From assembly GCA_010405405.1 (NCBI GenBank), contig MU004230.1:4234282-4298281 (forward strand): 64,000 bases of DNA. The letters run 5' to 3'. The stretch's first letter is position 1; each line of letters starts with the position of its first letter. A model generated the notes under the pieces. The model was not told the origin of the DNA and ran no database searches. It saw only the letters and a list, made by a program, of their open reading frames with translations. Below, in pieces: positions 60,550 through 64,000 of the stretch. The position numbers and the translations under genes were made by a program. Origin of the DNA: Microthyrium microscopicum. Its lineage: Eukaryota.

Positions 60550-61983
60550 ATGGCAAACCGAAGACTTCCACTAGGATTTCCTAGGAACTATGGGGGTCAG
60601 GACTACTACCCTCATGACCTTGACTGGGAAGCAAATGGAGAACTGCTCACTACACCAGAACGAAAACTTGAAATGGAAAACGCAGCGAAGTATGCAAAAG
60701 GTGGTTATGCCTTAGAGTTTTTCCCACGCTCTTGGCACAGAGAACGTTACTTGACGGAGTACCATAATGCACCCTCCTCTAACGAAATCGGTCTTGAGAA
60801 CGAGATCCACCCACTCTTCGACAACGATACATTCTGGCTTGACTTGGACCGCGATTTGTACAAAAAGGCTTTTGAGCACGGGTTCCAGCTTGCAAGTGCC
60901 TGGATGGAGACGCCCCTCGTGGTCGATTTGTATGCAAAGGTCATGTTTGGCAAGTACCTATGGAACAACTCCACCGAGGATCCAATTCATTGGGTGGAGG
61001 ATTTTGACTCTAATACTGACATGACTTGGATGCGTGACTTGCTCACGCGACGATTGCGCAGCACAGAATTTCACAAACTAGTCGTCCTTTCCAAGGTGAG
61101 GCACGGCCGGTCGCAGCAAATTAGATGCCACTGTCCAGAAAACATCAACGAACCAGGAAAACTGGGTATCTGCTACATTGCATGGGGAATAACCACAAGC
61201 AGAGAGAGGCGCAGTCCGCGTTGGAAAGAGATAGTCGAGGGCCATGGACTTCCTAAAAACACAATGCCTCCAATTGCCTTATTCCTCAATCAGGATTTCG
61301 ATGACTTTGCTCACGGCAGAGTGCAAGGAGATCCAGCATTTGATCTACGGATGAATTTTCTCTTTGCAGTCACTCTAATCCATGAAGTTACGCATGTTAT
61401 TGAGTATTATCGTGCAAACTTTGATCACCTAGAGTTTCAAGATGAGGTGGACGCCAGAGCGGCCAGAGGAATTTCCTCCAGGTACGAGAGGGTGGTCAGA
61501 TTCCAAAAAGACGACCCCCATTCACTCGAGTTCGGGTGGGAAGTCGAGCGAGCCTTGCTACGCTTTCGCTTCTTCTCAGATATGAGTATTAGAAAGCTCA
61601 TACCACGATTCGGAGTTCTTGCCCATGACGATTTGCTCAACGCACACCTTCCAAGAGGCCCAAGTCCTACCGCATCCCCTGTTCTTGTCCCAATGGATAT
61701 TTTGCGATGGTTCTTCACCAAGAGCTCTGTCGAGGCTGTTGGACAATGCGGCTCAGCAGCCATTCCAACCTTTCCAGAGTTAATAAAGTATGACCCAGCG
61801 ACGAATGGTTGGAAGAGATATGTTAATCCAGTAGCAATGGAACAGTTCAGGACGGGTAACTTCGACAACCTGCCTTACCCAAGAGCTGTACCAGAGGACT
61901 ATGTTGACGAGTTTGATGACGTTGATCTCGATTTATCTCAGCCCAGCAAAGATATCATTGATATGCCACGTGATGCCTTGTAG
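60550..61983 (+). CDS. Hypothetical protein with HExxH (zincin-like) motif
   Basis: Intronless ORF, likely start ATG 60550; FAVTLIHEVTH followed by LEFGWEVE. Confidence 0.7.
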   Translation: MANRRLPLGFPRNYGGQDYYPHDLDWEANGELLTTPERKLEMENAAKYAKGGYALEFFPRSWHRERYLTEYHNAPSSNEIGLENEIHPLFDNDTFWLDLDRDLYKKAFEHGFQLASAWMETPLVVDLYAKVMFGKYLWNNSTEDPIHWVEDFDSNTDMTWMRDLLTRRLRSTEFHKLVVLSKVRHGRSQQIRCHCPENINEPGKLGICYIAWGITTSRERRSPRWKEIVEGHGLPKNTMPPIALFLNQDFDDFAHGRVQGDPAFDLRMNFLFAVTLIHEVTHVIEYYRANFDHLEFQDEVDARAARGISSRYERVVRFQKDDPHSLEFGWEVERALLRFRFFSDMSIRKLIPRFGVLAHDDLLNAHLPRGPSPTASPVLVPMDILRWFFTKSSVEAVGQCGSAAIPTFPELIKYDPATNGWKRYVNPVAMEQFRTGNFDNLPYPRAVPEDYVDEFDDVDLDLSQPSKDIIDMPRDAL

Positions 61984-62132
61984 CGATTTTCGTCTTGCGC
62001 TGCCCTCGCAGTGTGTAATCACCAGGACCGCCCCCTATTATATAAGATAGGCAGTTGCATGTTAGATGTAGAGATATAGAGATGTGGATATACTAATAGT
62101 TTTATATAGAGCTCTTATCGTTTGCTTAACTA

Positions 62133-62567
62133 TAGTATTATTAGGGTTCTGCTTATCCCCTCCCTAAAAACCTAGAGGAATAATTCATTACTTAATTAGA
62201 AGGCGCCTAAAGCAAAGCATAGATAACTTTCAAAGCCTACTCTTTCTATTCTCTTTCTTCTTACTATAAAATATTCTATCTTAAGATTATTATTATATTA
62301 GAAAAATCTAAGAACATAGACTTAAAAGAAACTTTATAGCAATTCTAAATTATTACTTTTTACTCTCTTATCTTATATTATAGTTACGATATTAATAAGT
62401 AAAAAAAGTAATTTCTAGGAAGGATAGTTTAAAGAGGCTAATTTTTATACTTTATAGGGTGCTTTTTAAAAAGCTACTAAGCAAAAGCTTTATTTTCTAA
62501 CTAATAAACATTATAGAATTCTAGTTTATAATTTTAGGGGGGGATAAGCAGAACCCCAATAATACTA
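62133..62567. mobile_element. RIP-degenerated Tc1/mariner-type MITE (non-autonomous DNA transposon)
   Basis: ~37-bp TIRs: TAGTATTATTAGGGTTCTGCTTATCCCCTCCCTAAAA on the left and its near-complement TTTTAGGGGGGGATAAGCAGAACCCCAATAATACTA on the right. Flanked by TA at 62131-62132 and 62568-62569; interior very AT- and TpA-rich. Confidence 0.88.
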
Positions 62568-62776
62568 TATCCATAGCACATTCCTTAAGGATTATAATAT
62601 GTGATCCTTATGTGATGAAATAGAAACAATACTCACGGCAATTATCGTGCAGAACACAGACAGTCAGGCAAGCCTGAATTAGATAGTATCTGAAATTGGG
62701 CAAGAATCAATCAGGAACCTACTACACATACAATCATCACTCGAATGCTCCTATGCAAACCGTTCAAGTGCTGAAC

Positions 62777-64000
62777 CTACCTCTCCACTACCACCTGATC
62801 CCTATCAGCCCTTCTCATCCTCAAACCAACCACACCAATACACGCCGCGCTAACAACAAACATAACAGCACTCACAAAAAGCGGCAGTCCAACCAGGATA
62901 TCAACATGTGTATCCAGTCCCAAAGCAAGCATCTTCGGAAACAAGATACTAGCCGTCAATTTCCCAAAGATACTCGCTATGCTAAGCGTCGCCATTACTC
63001 TAGCCACCTTGGACTTGTCCACCAAACTCACGATATATGCTTGTGTAGCTGTTGGGAGTCCTTCGCCGAAAAGGTATATTACTACACCTGTGATGAAAAG
63101 CGTCGTTGTGTTGCTTAGACCAATTATCAAAGCGCCAACTGTAAGGAGTAGAGCACTACAGGCCATGATAACGAATTGACCAGCTTTAATGCCGAGCCAG
63201 GTAGCTAAGATGCGGTTGATGGCTGGTAGCATGATTGAAAAGTATATGAGCATGAGAAAACCTTGCATTGAAACGACGCTTGAGGCTTGTGGGAATGTCC
63301 AGTCAAGTTTTATGACGGGGTATTGGACGATGGCATACCAGTCGATTGCTTTGATTCCGGTGGCGGCGAAACATATTGATAGTGAGAGTAGGAGGATATT
63401 TATGACACCAACGCCGTTTACTGTGTCTTTGAAGCCTTGCATCAATCGTTCTAGGCGGGAAGACTTCTTCAAGTTTGGGATTTGGTCTGATCCGTTCTGT
63501 TCCTCGATTTGACTAGCAGTGCCGGATACAGGCCTCTTCTCACGGCTTTCATGAACAGTCTCTGGAAACAAGAATATCGATATCAGAGCGGTGAATATCG
63601 CGAGGTAGAGACTGACCATCAAGTTGACTTGTGGAGTTCCACTGTTGCCATCAAGATTCATTAGCCAAGCGCCGATTGGTGGACAAAACGTTTGAGCAAA
63701 GTACTGCATTGAAGTCGTAAGAAAGAATAACGAAGCTCGTTCCGTGGCTGAGGGCATGACATCCGTATAAGAGGCGAATAGCATTGCAAGTCCGATGTCG
63801 TAGTTCCCGCCAATTAGTCCAGGCAGTCCACTGAGATAGAGCGTCCATATCGGAACCTTTGGAAATGCCGTATCTATTCCAGTTTAGTAGATATCTCATA
63901 CCGACTTGAGAACACATACAGAGTACTACCCAGGTCGCGCAATTGATACAAACATTGACCTTGTGAAGCACAATCACAGTCTTGCGTCCATAACGATCAG
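62777..64000 (-). CDS. MFS transporter (5' end outside window)
   Basis: Multiple TM segments; motif-A-like xDRYGRKTVIV at the window edge; intron 63919-63874; LIGGNYDIG..TDVMPSATERASLF. Confidence 0.85.

Noticed and set aside
1..64000. tRNA, rRNA, CRISPR or secondary-metabolite cluster
   Set aside because: GGTTCGA-like hits lack cloverleaf context, there are no spaced repeat arrays, and there is no backbone synthase near the oxidase or transporter.

Overview
Gene-dense, intron-containing filamentous ascomycete (Pezizomycotina) genomic DNA; a Chaetothyriales/Eurotiomycete black yeast is my inference. I reconstructed about 29 protein-coding genes by hand-splicing. Housekeeping genes include ATG33, SPS19, a WSC sensor, GCS1, ALG8, TFA1, a reticulon, alpha-tubulin, GLY1, eIF5, two complex I subunits and POP7. 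The rest include a bilirubin-oxidase-type multicopper oxidase, an MFS transporter and several DUF or hypothetical genes. The most striking feature is the reticulon gene: it carries two consecutive nested [D5,6] spliceosomal twin introns (stwintrons) around a skippable 72-nt exon. Other hidden structure: a 7-exon secreted protein with two Cys-rich fungal SH3b-like repeats that the ORF track misses; two poor-context uORFs in the eIF5 leader; a symmetric cassette exon in the WSC stalk; a WRKY/GCM1-like plus Zn2Cys6 fusion factor; a poly-SIM tail behind a stop-containing intron; a ~195-nt 3'UTR hairpin; a RIP-degenerated Tc1/mariner-type MITE; two GC-AG introns; a single-nonsense pseudogene; and recurrent C-rich to G-rich skew flips inside genes. 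I found no tRNA, rRNA or CRISPR. All product calls come from motif recognition; no database search was run.
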